Shown piece by piece: positions 9,255 to 19,427 of a stretch of 64,000 nucleotides of DNA. The DNA is from a candidate division WOR-3 bacterium (GTDB lineage Bacteria; Hydrothermota; 32-111): the NCBI GenBank assembly GCA_039804105.1, contig JBDRZU010000001.1:416001-480000 (forward strand). Direction: 5' to 3'. How positions within the stretch are numbered: the first letter of the stretch is position 1; each line of letters opens with the position of its first letter. Position numbers and translations under genes: made by a program. The notes beneath the pieces are model-generated. The model was not told the origin of the DNA and searched no databases. It saw nothing but the letters and a program-made list of their open reading frames with translations.

Positions 9255-12200
9255 TTATTTTATTACAACCATTTTTTTAGTGATTTCTTCTTCCCCATCT
9301 CTAAGTTTAATTATATAGATTCCAGGCACAAGAACCCTACCATCATAAAAATGATTTCCTTCCATATTATTAACTTGTCTTTCAACAATTCTACCTGTCA
9401 CATCATAAATAACAAATTCGTTTTTCCTGTTTTTCACTCCAAAATTTACTGAATTAACATTTATACTAAGAAAAGTTTTATAGTGTTTGTTTTTATTTCC
9501 AACTTTTGAGATTTCATGAGTTTTCGTAGTAATTGCTCTTTTTAGTATAAAATAACCATTTGAACCAACTGTATGTATCAATGAATCTTCAACAAATACA
9601 CCAAGGGCTTCAGCACCATTAATAATATAGTAACCTTCCTCTACAGGATTTGTAACTGAAGAAATATCAATAACTCTCAAACCAGAATAACTGTCAGCGA
9701 CATAAGCATAATCACCAAAAACATAAGTATCTATTGCATATCCTGGGGTATCGTAGGAACCTACTTCAACAGGGGATAATAGATCTGATATATCTATTAT
9801 TCTTAATCCTGCCTCCCCATCAGCAACATAAGCATAATTTCCAGATATAAATATATCTTTTGTGTTGTATAAACTGAAATAACTTAATTCATTTATAAAA
9901 GGTAAATCTACCAATAAAATTCTCAACCCACTATAACCATCTGCTATAAACACATAAAACCAATCATAATCTTTAATAACTTGAAGACCACATGTATTAC
10001 CAGGAGTATCATAATAACCAATTTCTTGAGGGTTTGTTGGAATACTTACATTTATTATTCTAAGTCCATATGTTCCATCGGTAATAAAAGCAAGAGTATC
10101 AATAACATATACATGTTGAACATAGCCAGGAGTATCATAATATCCAATCTCTTGTGGATTAGCAGGATTACTTATATCTATTATTCTTAAACCTGCAGAA
10201 TAAGCCGCTACATAGGCATAATTCCCAGAAATAAAAACATTCCTCGGTTCTCCGGGAGTATCATGAAAACCAATTTGAACAGGATTTGTTGAATCACTCA
10301 CATCAACAATTCTTAACCCATTGAGCCAATCAGCAACATAAGCATAGTTATCTTTTACATAAACATTACAAAAACGTCCACTTGGGTTATAATATGCTTT
10401 TTCTATAATATTTGGTGGACAAATCATTGAAATTATTATTAAACCTCCGATATCGGAAGCAAGATAAATATTATTTTCAGAAAATGCAAGATTATGGGTA
10501 AAAGATTTCGTTCTATATGAAGTCACAAACTCTGGATTCAGTGGATTAGAAACATCTATAACTACAATCCCATTGTTTCCATCAGCTATATAAGCAAAAC
10601 TTCCAGAAACATATACATTATAAGCATTGCCTGGAGTATCATAATAACCAATTTCATAAGGATTATAGATATTAGAAATATCAATTATTCTCAATCCAAA
10701 GTTATCATCAGCAATATAAGCAAAATTACCTTCTACATAAATAGACTGTGAATAACCTGGAGTATTATAACTACTCACATATAAAGGGTTGGCGGGATTT
10801 GTCACATCAATTATTACCAAACCATTATCATCATAAGCAAGATATGCAAAATTACCGGAAACATAAACATCTCTAATATAGCTGAGAGAAGAGAACTGAT
10901 AATAACCTACTTCAAATGGGTTTATTGGATCCGATATATCTATTATTCTTAACGCATCAAAATCTGCAACATAAGCATATCTTCCTGAGATAAATATTTT
11001 TCCAGCATACCCAGGTGTATCATAATAACCAACTTCATATGGATTTAATGGATTAGAAATATCTATTATTCTTATCCCCGCATTATCATCAGCAATATAT
11101 GCATACTTCTCATATATTTTAACATCACAGGCAAACCCGGGAGTATCATAATAACTTATTTGTACAGGTTCGTTTGGATTAGAAATATCCAAAATTCTTA
11201 AACCTGAATAACCATCCGCTACAAACGCATAATTACCTGATAGTTCTATTTTTCTTGCTGATCCTGGGGTATCATAGTAACCCCTTTGTGATAAATTTAT
11301 GGGGAGGGTATTTAGATCAATTATATGTAAACCAGAAGTTTCTGACGCAATATATACATAATTCCCGGAACCATCAATTTTTAAAGGCAAACCAGCGATA
11401 TTATAAAAAGCAATCTCATATGGATTTGACGGATTTGATACATCAATTATATAAAAACCTGATTCTGACATTAAATCAACATATAACAAAAATAAATAAT
11501 TCCCTGATAAATAAAACCCTGTTGTTATACCACGTTGTGAATAAAAGTTCCCAATTTCTGTTGGATTTGCTGGATCACTTACATCAATTATTCGTAAAAA
11601 ATTACCAACACTAATATACGCGTACTTTGATGATGCATAAACACTCCTTGCATATCCAGATGTAATATAATAACCTAATTCTAACGGATTTGTTGGATCA
11701 CTTATATCGACTATTCGTAAACCATAACTACCATCCGCAATATATGCATAATTGCCAGAAATGTACACATCCCATGCATAACCAGGTGTATCATAACTGC
11801 CTACTTCTATTGGATTTTTCGGATCACTTATATCGACTATTCGTAAACCATAACTACCATCCGCAATATATGCATAATTGCCAGAAATATAAATATCAGA
11901 TACATATCCAGGTGTATCATAATACCCTATTCCCTTAGGACTAAGTGGATCTGTAACATCTATTATTATCAAACCAGAATAACCATCAGCAACATATGCA
12001 TAAGTTCCCGAAATAAAAACGTCTTCTGCGTCTCCAGATGTCTCGTAAAAACCAACATCATAAATATTTGTAGGATCACTTATGTTTATAATTTTTAAAC
12101 CATAATTGTGTACAGTTACATAAGCGTATTGACCAGATAAGAATACTCCTATTATATCATCCGGATATAAATCTGTTTCATTTGGATTAACTGAATTTAT

Positions 12201-13223
12201 TTCGAGCATTCTTAATCCTGATTCATAATATACTGCATAAGCATAGTTATCTATAACATAGATATCTAAAAGAAGATCATCATTTGGGTCGAAATAACCA
12301 ATTTCTTTGGCAAATGATGGGTTTGAGATGTTTAAAATTCTCATTCCTGAAATCCCATCTGCAAGGTAGACATACTTACCAAAAACGTAAATATCATAAA
12401 CAAATCCTGATGTATCAAAATATTTAATTTTCTTTGGTACAGAAGGAGTAGAAACATCTATTATTGCTAAACCAGAATCTCCATCAGCAATATAAGCATA
12501 AAAATTATCAACACATAGGTCAACTGCATTCCCTGGAGTATCAAAATATCCAACCTCATAAGGGTTTGATGGGTCAGTTATATTTATAATACGTAAGCCA
12601 AATTCATATTCTGTTAAGTAAGCATAATTATTAACTACATAAACACCAGTAATAGGACCAGCAGAGACATAGGAACCAATTTCTAAAGGATTTGAGGGAT
12701 TAGACACATCAAATATTTTTAATCCAGAAATATCAGCAGCAACATAAACATAATTTCCTAATACAAATAGATCATAAGGATTTCCAATAATATTAATACT
12801 ACTGATTATAGATGGTTGTTTTGGATCTGAAACATCAACTATAATCAACCCCGAATTTTCGACAGCAATATAAGCATAATCACCCAACACAAAAATGTCA
12901 TTTAAATAATTTGGTAACACGATATTATTTATTAAAATTGGATTGCTTTTATTTTTTACATCTACTATAGTAAGTGAATAATCCATTCCAATATAAGCAA
13001 GAGTATCTACAACATATAGACATGTTGTTCTATCAAAACAAGGTAATCTTCCAATACCTTTAACATTCAAACTATCATTAGCCCATTTTACTTCTGAATT
13101 TAATGGATCATTAAACTTTTCTTCATTTACATCAGGCAAATATGAGGGGAATAAAAAAGATGGAATAAAAAACAATATAAACAGTAATAAAGTACAAAAT
13201 ACCTTTTTCACACTCACCTCCAT
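9255..13223 (-). CDS. Large secreted LVIVD-repeat protein with T9SS-type C-terminal domain
   Basis: More than 25 ~42-aa repeats (GNYAYVADG..GLRIIDISNP..P.EVGYYDTPG); signal peptide; C-terminal IYDVTGR..PGIYII..KKMVVIK. Confidence 0.92.
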   Translation of the reverse strand: MEVSVKKVFCTLLLFILFFIPSFLFPSYLPDVNEEKFNDPLNSEVKWANDSLNVKGIGRLPCFDRTTCLYVVDTLAYIGMDYSLTIVDVKNKSNPILINNIVLPNYLNDIFVLGDYAYIAVENSGLIIVDVSDPKQPSIISSINIIGNPYDLFVLGNYVYVAADISGLKIFDVSNPSNPLEIGSYVSAGPITGVYVVNNYAYLTEYEFGLRIINITDPSNPYEVGYFDTPGNAVDLCVDNFYAYIADGDSGLAIIDVSTPSVPKKIKYFDTSGFVYDIYVFGKYVYLADGISGMRILNISNPSFAKEIGYFDPNDDLLLDIYVIDNYAYAVYYESGLRMLEINSVNPNETDLYPDDIIGVFLSGQYAYVTVHNYGLKIINISDPTNIYDVGFYETSGDAEDVFISGTYAYVADGYSGLIIIDVTDPLSPKGIGYYDTPGYVSDIYISGNYAYIADGSYGLRIVDISDPKNPIEVGSYDTPGYAWDVYISGNYAYIADGSYGLRIVDISDPTNPLELGYYITSGYARSVYASSKYAYISVGNFLRIIDVSDPANPTEIGNFYSQRGITTGFYLSGNYLFLLYVDLMSESGFYIIDVSNPSNPYEIAFYNIAGLPLKIDGSGNYVYIASETSGLHIIDLNTLPINLSQRGYYDTPGSARKIELSGNYAFVADGYSGLRILDISNPNEPVQISYYDTPGFACDVKIYEKYAYIADDNAGIRIIDISNPLNPYEVGYYDTPGYAGKIFISGRYAYVADFDALRIIDISDPINPFEVGYYQFSSLSYIRDVYVSGNFAYLAYDDNGLVIIDVTNPANPLYVSSYNTPGYSQSIYVEGNFAYIADDNFGLRIIDISNIYNPYEIGYYDTPGNAYNVYVSGSFAYIADGNNGIVVIDVSNPLNPEFVTSYRTKSFTHNLAFSENNIYLASDIGGLIIISMICPPNIIEKAYYNPSGRFCNVYVKDNYAYVADWLNGLRIVDVSDSTNPVQIGFHDTPGEPRNVFISGNYAYVAAYSAGLRIIDISNPANPQEIGYYDTPGYVQHVYVIDTLAFITDGTYGLRIINVSIPTNPQEIGYYDTPGNTCGLQVIKDYDWFYVFIADGYSGLRILLVDLPFINELSYFSLYNTKDIFISGNYAYVADGEAGLRIIDISDLLSPVEVGSYDTPGYAIDTYVFGDYAYVADSYSGLRVIDISSVTNPVEEGYYIINGAEALGVFVEDSLIHTVGSNGYFILKRAITTKTHEISKVGNKNKHYKTFLSINVNSVNFGVKNRKNEFVIYDVTGRIVERQVNNMEGNHFYDGRVLVPGIYIIKLRDGEEEITKKMVVIK
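11695..11888. repeat. Identical 68-bp direct repeat inside the LVIVD gene (11695-11762 = 11821-11888)
   Basis: Exact nucleotide match at a 126-bp (42-codon) offset. Confidence 0.9.
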
Positions 13224-13293
13224 ATTTCTATAAAAATTTTATATGAAAAAAAATTATCCTGTCAATACAAATATTTCCTAATTTGGGAAACTA

Positions 13294-14508
13294 TTATTCG
13301 GGTTTACCAATCTTACCTATAAAAAGGATATTTTTTGTATTATTTTCAACTATTAAAAACAAAAAAGGTCTATCTATTTTTAAAATTCTTTTTTGAATAA
13401 CAGCAGTTTCTTTAACTATTATAACACCAGTTGCTGCTGCAGCTTCACTCCCTTCTTCATCAACTTTCAAAAAAGATTGATGTATAACATTACTAATATA
13501 AAGGTCATCATAATCTGTCATATTAGAAAAATCTGCTTCAGGAGTGAAAGATTTTTCCATACCCATTTCTATCAAAACATCGTTAAGTAAATATTTTTTT
13601 TCAAGTTTAAATTTTGGGAAAGATATCCTATCAAATTTCTCAAATCTCATAGAATCAAAACAATTTTTTATTTCAAGATAATCAAGCGGGAAAACACTTT
13701 TCATTCCACTAAAAGGAACCAGAAATATCGCAGAGTAATTTGTATCCGCATATGGAAACTCCACTATGAAAAACTTATCATTTTCAAAATATTTTAATGG
13801 TTCTTTAAGATCTGTTGACATCATTTTACATTTTACTTTTTTATACCCATCTACAATAAAATCATCTTCGAAGGTATATTTCTTTTCAAACTGTTTTTTC
13901 CATAATGCATTAAAATATATTGCATTTGTTATTATGAGTGTCGTTGATTTATCAATGATCCCTTTAGGTAAAAAATCTTTTATCTTTTCCTTTGTAAAAT
14001 CTTCTATATATTTATTTATCTTTAACCTTGATTCTTCTGTTTTATTTATGAAATCGACTTTTTCTGCAAAAGATCTATAGTTTTCTTTCACAGTTTTAGG
14101 ATATTCATCCTTAAACCTATACGATTTTTCCATCCACAGGCCATTCGATATCTTTATAGTAATATTTTTATCTTCTTTATCAAAAAATTTGATTTCATCT
14201 GAATAGATAGATCTTAAAACTTCTTTGTCAGGGAAGTGAAAAACTTTTTTGATCTCTTTTTCTGTCTCTCCACCTGCACCCTCATATGTAATTGCCAATG
14301 CACTTGCTATACTGAAAGGAGATATCACTACATTCTCATCTTTATCATACAATCTGTTCAAAAGTTCGAAACCAAAAAGATTATAAAAATTTACATTTTT
14401 TGAAATAGTGTTATTGTAATTTTCAACTTTTTTTACATTATCAGATTTTGCACAAGAAAAAGATAACATAACAAGAATAAAAATCATCAAATTAAAAAAC
14501 TTTTTCAT
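13294..14508 (-). CDS. Serpin family protein, probable lipoprotein
   Basis: NVVISPFSI, NAIYFNALW, PKFK, hinge VDEEGSEAAAAT, DRPFLFLI; lipobox-like SFSC. Confidence 0.95.
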   Translation of the reverse strand: MKKFFNLMIFILVMLSFSCAKSDNVKKVENYNNTISKNVNFYNLFGFELLNRLYDKDENVVISPFSIASALAITYEGAGGETEKEIKKVFHFPDKEVLRSIYSDEIKFFDKEDKNITIKISNGLWMEKSYRFKDEYPKTVKENYRSFAEKVDFINKTEESRLKINKYIEDFTKEKIKDFLPKGIIDKSTTLIITNAIYFNALWKKQFEKKYTFEDDFIVDGYKKVKCKMMSTDLKEPLKYFENDKFFIVEFPYADTNYSAIFLVPFSGMKSVFPLDYLEIKNCFDSMRFEKFDRISFPKFKLEKKYLLNDVLIEMGMEKSFTPEADFSNMTDYDDLYISNVIHQSFLKVDEEGSEAAAATGVIIVKETAVIQKRILKIDRPFLFLIVENNTKNILFIGKIGKPE

Positions 14509-14521
14509 AAAAAATCTCCTT

Positions 14522-15721
14522 TTAAATTTTCAACTTTGTGGAATTCTTCTCCAAAATTATAAAAAACTTTACCCAGAAATACTCAAAACTGTATTTAAAA
14601 TTTATTTTACTCCAGAGGTTCACGATTAACATCCATAACAAAACATTAAAAAAACCGAACAAAAAAGTTTTATTCATATCAAGATTCCATCCCGGGTTCA
14701 ACTTTAAATAAAATTTTCTTAACAATTCTGAAATCAAAACTTCCATAATGTATATTGAAAGACTGACCCTACTAAAATTATATATTAAAGAAAAGTTTTT
14801 TAAAACACTTTTCTTTCTCTCGAATAAAAGATAGATCAAAATAACACTGAAAATAAAAAATCCAAGTTCAAAATTTGTTTTAAAATACCAGAATAAATCC
14901 GGCTTTGAAATCGATTTTGGGAATTTCGACATTCCATACAAACCATAAAGAATTAAAAACAAAGATGCAGGTAAAACAACTTTTTTTAAAATATCTTCCC
15001 TTTTATCAAATATCAAATAACCGATAAGCATCCCAAACAATCCATAGGAAAAATAGGTTATCAGAGGATATGGATTTGCTATGAAAAATGTTAACACAAT
15101 AGCAGGTAATAAAACTTGATTGATTTTCAACAGATCAAAATATTTATAGATGTCAACTCTAATAAAAGAGAAAAAAATTATTGAAAAACCTGCAACAAAT
15201 AAAAAATTGTAAATCAAATCCCTTTTGAACTTTAATTTTTTGAACATGATTTGTAAAAATGAAAGTAAAACGATGTTAAAAGCTATGGTTGAAATCGATG
15301 ATCCATCAAAAAGTTTTTTGTAAGGATGAAACTGATTCATACTGCCTCTTATTAAAGCAGCGAATAGAGTTAGATCAGGTTTATTGTTAACAAAATCAAC
15401 ATTCCATCTACCAGCAACAAGGTTTAAGTAAAAATGTATTATGATGTAAATTACAAATATAAAAAGTAAAATTTTCCAGATATTTTTATTTTCATTTTTT
15501 TCTTCCCTTTTTAAAAATGCAAAAGTGTTCACTATCGAAGAATAAATGATAAAGATTCCTCCCCATAATGCCATAAAACTTATGAGAACAATAAAAATTG
15601 GTGGATTTGAAAAATCTATTTGATGTATTTTATCATAATTGTAAATCGAACAATGAAAAAATATAATGAAAATCATCGCTAAACCTCTTATGATATCAAA
15701 TGTCAAAATCCTATCCTTCAC
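14522..15721 (-). CDS. Polytopic membrane protein, HGSNAT/DUF418-like acyltransferase
   Basis: RILTFDIIRGLAM..H at the N-terminus, SLSIY and YSFEYFW near the C-terminus, about 10 TMs. Confidence 0.65.
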   Translation of the reverse strand: MKDRILTFDIIRGLAMIFIIFFHCSIYNYDKIHQIDFSNPPIFIVLISFMALWGGIFIIYSSIVNTFAFLKREEKNENKNIWKILLFIFVIYIIIHFYLNLVAGRWNVDFVNNKPDLTLFAALIRGSMNQFHPYKKLFDGSSISTIAFNIVLLSFLQIMFKKLKFKRDLIYNFLFVAGFSIIFFSFIRVDIYKYFDLLKINQVLLPAIVLTFFIANPYPLITYFSYGLFGMLIGYLIFDKREDILKKVVLPASLFLILYGLYGMSKFPKSISKPDLFWYFKTNFELGFFIFSVILIYLLFERKKSVLKNFSLIYNFSRVSLSIYIMEVLISELLRKFYLKLNPGWNLDMNKTFLFGFFNVLLWMLIVNLWSKINFKYSFEYFWVKFFIILEKNSTKLKI

Positions 15722-17103
15722 AGATCCTCCTTCACTTCAAATTCTCTTATCATTCTTATAAATTTATTAGATTTCCTATTTTGACTTATATTTTCAAAAG
15801 ATATTTCTATTTCAGGTTCTTTACATCCATAATCTTTGAAAACTTCTTTTATACTTTTAACCAAATTTTCTTTTTCAAAAGATTCTTCCTTTTCGGTTTT
15901 CTTTAATTCAATTATAATATGAAGTTTTTGGGGACTTTTTTCAAATACCTGATACTCCTCTATTTTTTCTGAACTTGTTATAATTGCCCTTGAGATATAA
16001 TCTGGTGAAATAAACTGTAAACCATTTCCATCAATTTTTTCACCATAAAAAAGATGATCATTCCTTCCAGCAATACTTTCAATGACTCGAAAATTCGAAC
16101 CACACGAACATCTTTTTGGACTTATCGTTATCACATCGTTAAGGTTGTATCGTATAATCGGTTGTGCCCTTTTATGAAGGTCTGTGATAATAAGTTTTTC
16201 ACATTGTTTACCAGGAGGAGTTTCACTGAAATCTTTGTTTAAAGTTTCAACATAAACAAGATCTTCATTTATATGCAGATTTTCTTTTTCACATGTAATT
16301 CCTATAGGACCCTCTGTTGCTTTATATATTTCATGAATGGGACAATTAAAAACTTCTTTTAGAAAAATTTTCACATCTGGATACAGGATTTCTGCATAGG
16401 AAATAATTCTCTTGGGTTTTATTTTACAAAGTCCCATTTTTACCTGTTTAGCGATTAGTTTTAACATCGAAGGTGGTGCTGAAATTATATTTGGGTTTAT
16501 ATTTTCAAGTTTTTTACAAATATTTTCAATAGTATCAAGTTGACTTATATAGTTAAATGAGTGGCCAAAAATGTTAAAGTTAAATGCCGGTGCACTGACC
16601 CTTAATATGAATGCGATTTTCATCTTTTGATTTTCTGGGAAATCGAATCTTGCTAAAAATGCTGCTTTCATATACATCTCTTCTCTCGGGGTAACAATTT
16701 CTACTCCTTTATTTCCACTTGTTCCAGAAGACATTCCTATGTTGAGTCCTTTAAACCTTCTTGAAAAATCTCTACTTTTTTCAACCTCACAACAAAAATT
16801 TATAATCTCCTCTTTCTTCAGTCCAAGTGTATTATATGTTGTCAGATTATCCATCATAATATTTTTATTTATTATCGGGAGTTTTTTGAAATCTTTCAGA
16901 TCATATCCACTGTAAAGTTTATTGAAAAATTCTGATTTTTTAAAAGCATATTCAACAACAAGATCTCTTTTAATTCTCTGGTAATTTTCAATATCCTTTT
17001 TTGAAAAATGTTTAAAAGCGTATTTTGAAAAAAGATAAAATACTAAAAAATTTTGCGTTTCAAAATCAGCAAAAAAATCTTTAATCTTATAAAAATCCAT
17101 CAA
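15718..17103 (-). CDS. Adenylate-forming enzyme, coenzyme F390 synthetase/phenylacetate-CoA ligase-like
   Basis: LPIINK, GMSSGTSGNKG, EIYKATEG, LHINED, QPIIRYNLND, IAGR. Confidence 0.85.
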   Translation of the reverse strand: MMDFYKIKDFFADFETQNFLVFYLFSKYAFKHFSKKDIENYQRIKRDLVVEYAFKKSEFFNKLYSGYDLKDFKKLPIINKNIMMDNLTTYNTLGLKKEEIINFCCEVEKSRDFSRRFKGLNIGMSSGTSGNKGVEIVTPREEMYMKAAFLARFDFPENQKMKIAFILRVSAPAFNFNIFGHSFNYISQLDTIENICKKLENINPNIISAPPSMLKLIAKQVKMGLCKIKPKRIISYAEILYPDVKIFLKEVFNCPIHEIYKATEGPIGITCEKENLHINEDLVYVETLNKDFSETPPGKQCEKLIITDLHKRAQPIIRYNLNDVITISPKRCSCGSNFRVIESIAGRNDHLFYGEKIDGNGLQFISPDYISRAIITSSEKIEEYQVFEKSPQKLHIIIELKKTEKEESFEKENLVKSIKEVFKDYGCKEPEIEISFENISQNRKSNKFIRMIREFEVKEDL

Positions 17104-17105
17104 AA

Positions 17106-17543
17106 CTATTTATTGTCTTGCTCAACCTTTTCCAGCTCTTTAACAGGTGCAGGGACAAAAAAAGAAACTATAAAAATTGACACGAAAACTCCAAAGAAAA
17201 ATGAAGTAAAGATTAGTTTTGTAAGATTTGCCGACTTTACTTTATAATAGTTGTTCAACCTGTAGCTCAAATCGTCAAGTGTAACATTCGTAAATGTCTC
17301 ATTTTTATCGTAAAGAACTAACTTATTCTCAGTTATACTTTTCTGTAAAAGTTCCCCTCTAAGAAAAATTTCAAAATCGTTTGCGCTTTTTTCATAAGGG
17401 ATCATCATATTTGTTCCAGTCCAATAGATGTTTTTATTCCCGAAAAAAGTGTTAAAAAGATCAGCAATGAAAAATGAACCAACGATGATTATTCCAGTTA
17501 ACCCAAGGAAAAATAAACTGTTATTTTTTTTCTTCATATTCAC
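17106..17543 (-). CDS. Hypothetical membrane protein (2 TM)
   Basis: Hydrophobic N- and C-terminal helices; operonic spacing. Confidence 0.65.
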   Translation of the reverse strand: MNMKKKNNSLFFLGLTGIIIVGSFFIADLFNTFFGNKNIYWTGTNMMIPYEKSANDFEIFLRGELLQKSITENKLVLYDKNETFTNVTLDDLSYRLNNYYKVKSANLTKLIFTSFFFGVFVSIFIVSFFVPAPVKELEKVEQDNK

Positions 17544-17881
17544 TCCTTATCTCTTTTAAAATTTTTCATCTCAAAAGGAATTTCTATGGAAAGTTCATAA
17601 AACCCTGCATATTTCCCATCAATATAAAAAGGTTGTTGGTAGATCAATTTTTTTACACCTTTCTTTTCGATAGTATAAACATTCTTTTCTTGTTTTTCCA
17701 TGATTTCTTTCAATTTAGATTTTGCTGGCTCTGGATGACAATCAAAAACTGATTTACCTATCAAATTTTCTCCATAATCCTGAAAAATCTTTTTTGCTTT
17801 CTCGTTCATATAAATTATTATTCCTTCCCTATCACACACTGTAATACCAATATCGAGTTGATTGAAAAATTTTAATTCCAT
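17540..17881 (-). CDS. Stand-alone PAS domain protein
   Basis: GITVCDREGIIIYMNEKA..LIGKSVFDCHP. Confidence 0.85.
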   Translation of the reverse strand: MELKFFNQLDIGITVCDREGIIIYMNEKAKKIFQDYGENLIGKSVFDCHPEPAKSKLKEIMEKQEKNVYTIEKKGVKKLIYQQPFYIDGKYAGFYELSIEIPFEMKNFKRDKE

Positions 17882-17983
17882 AAGTTAATTTTACCTTTTT
17901 TTAGATGTTTTACAATAGAAAAAATTATAAATTGAAATTGATTTTTAATTCAATGGTGATTATAATTAAAAAAGGAGGCAGTT

Positions 17984-18472
17984 ATTAAAAAATCTTTTAA
18001 ACTTTCTATGATAATTTTATCTTTTATCTTTTCAACCTGTACACTCCTTTCTCCAGTAAGAGATATAGTTGGAACTTGGAAAACAACATACCCTGTAAAA
18101 GTTTACTATGAAACAGATTACAACAATTTTACGGGCACTCTTGAACCTGTTGCATACGAGTACTGGGATATAGAAATGAAAATTTCACAAACATTTTCTT
18201 CAAATGAAGTTGATATAGAATGGAAATATACAAGATCTGGTTTCACTCCACTTGTTGATGAACCAGGAGTTGTCCCAGAGCCATCACCTATTTATTTGAC
18301 TGGTACAATCAATGGCACAAGGATATACTTGAGCAAATATGATGATCCGACATTTGGTGAACTAAACTATTTAACAGATCTTATGGAAGGATTTATCGAT
18401 TATCTTTACACAGGCATCTACTCTCAAAGAACTTATTGTAATCCTAACGATTTAAAGTTTATCAAGCAATAA
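17984..18472 (+). CDS. Hypothetical lipoprotein (probable ATT start at 17984; first ATG at 18008)
   Basis: AGGAGG SD 5 nt before an in-frame ATT, giving MKKSFKLSMIILSFIFSTC; DIVGTWK lipocalin-like motif. Confidence 0.6.
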   Translation: MKKSFKLSMIILSFIFSTCTLLSPVRDIVGTWKTTYPVKVYYETDYNNFTGTLEPVAYEYWDIEMKISQTFSSNEVDIEWKYTRSGFTPLVDEPGVVPEPSPIYLTGTINGTRIYLSKYDDPTFGELNYLTDLMEGFIDYLYTGIYSQRTYCNPNDLKFIKQ

Positions 18473-19418
18473 AATCTTTTACATTTTCTTTTTTTTCTAC
18501 AAGTTTTTTTCTAAACTCCATTATTGGTAAATCACCTTGAACAAGTTTGTCGTTAAAAATATTTTTTTTCTGTGTGATTACAACTCTTCTATCCTGATGT
18601 AAAATTATCTTATTGAATATCATTCCTAAATCTGCAATCATTCTGTTAAGAAACGACAGAGGAAACAGTTTCACATAAAATCTCAAATAAACAACACTCC
18701 TTTCTTTATCCACTGGAGCAAAAAATGCAACAACTCTTACCTTTTCAGATATATGGTTCTGCCAAACATTTGGAAAAATAAATTCCAGATATATTGAACT
18801 ATCCTCAATTTTTAATTCTTCAGGTTTTTTTGCAATAAATCCATTTTCTTTTTCGTTGAAAACATAGAAAAAAAATTTTTTTTCATCTATCCATTTAACA
18901 ACAGGTCCATTTACAACTGTTCGGCCACCCATCCCTATCGTGTTATGATGAACGAAAGGTAGATGCATCACATCAAGTTGGTTTTCAACTGATCTTGTGA
19001 ATGGGACACTCCATTCTTCTCCATATTCAGAGTAAGAAAATCCACTATCAATATCATCAAAAAATTTTGGGGAATCTGTTGGTTTCTCATCTCCAACCCA
19101 TAACCATATAAAATTTTCCTTTTCTTCAACAGTGAAACTTTTAACATAGAACTCTCGTGCAACTATAAATTTTCTTCCATATGCAGGTATCGTTTGAACT
19201 GAACCATCCCCCTGATATTCAAAACCATGAAAAGGACATTGTAATTTCCCTTCAACAATTTTTCCTTTTGATAATCTCGCTTTTCTATGAACACAAAAAT
19301 CCTCGATACAACAAACTTTATTATTTCGATCTCTCCAAAGTACGAGTTCAATTCCACATCTTTTGATTCCAACTGGCTTATTTTTCAATTTTGAAGAAGG
19401 GTATATAGCAAACCACAT
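18462..19418 (-). CDS. Rieske non-heme iron oxygenase alpha subunit
   Basis: Rieske motifs CVHR and CPFHG; mononuclear Fe motif ENQLDVMHLPFVH; QDRRVV. Confidence 0.9.
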   Translation of the reverse strand: MWFAIYPSSKLKNKPVGIKRCGIELVLWRDRNNKVCCIEDFCVHRKARLSKGKIVEGKLQCPFHGFEYQGDGSVQTIPAYGRKFIVAREFYVKSFTVEEKENFIWLWVGDEKPTDSPKFFDDIDSGFSYSEYGEEWSVPFTRSVENQLDVMHLPFVHHNTIGMGGRTVVNGPVVKWIDEKKFFFYVFNEKENGFIAKKPEELKIEDSSIYLEFIFPNVWQNHISEKVRVVAFFAPVDKERSVVYLRFYVKLFPLSFLNRMIADLGMIFNKIILHQDRRVVITQKKNIFNDKLVQGDLPIMEFRKKLVEKKENVKDFIA

Positions 19419-19427
19419 ATTCCACTC

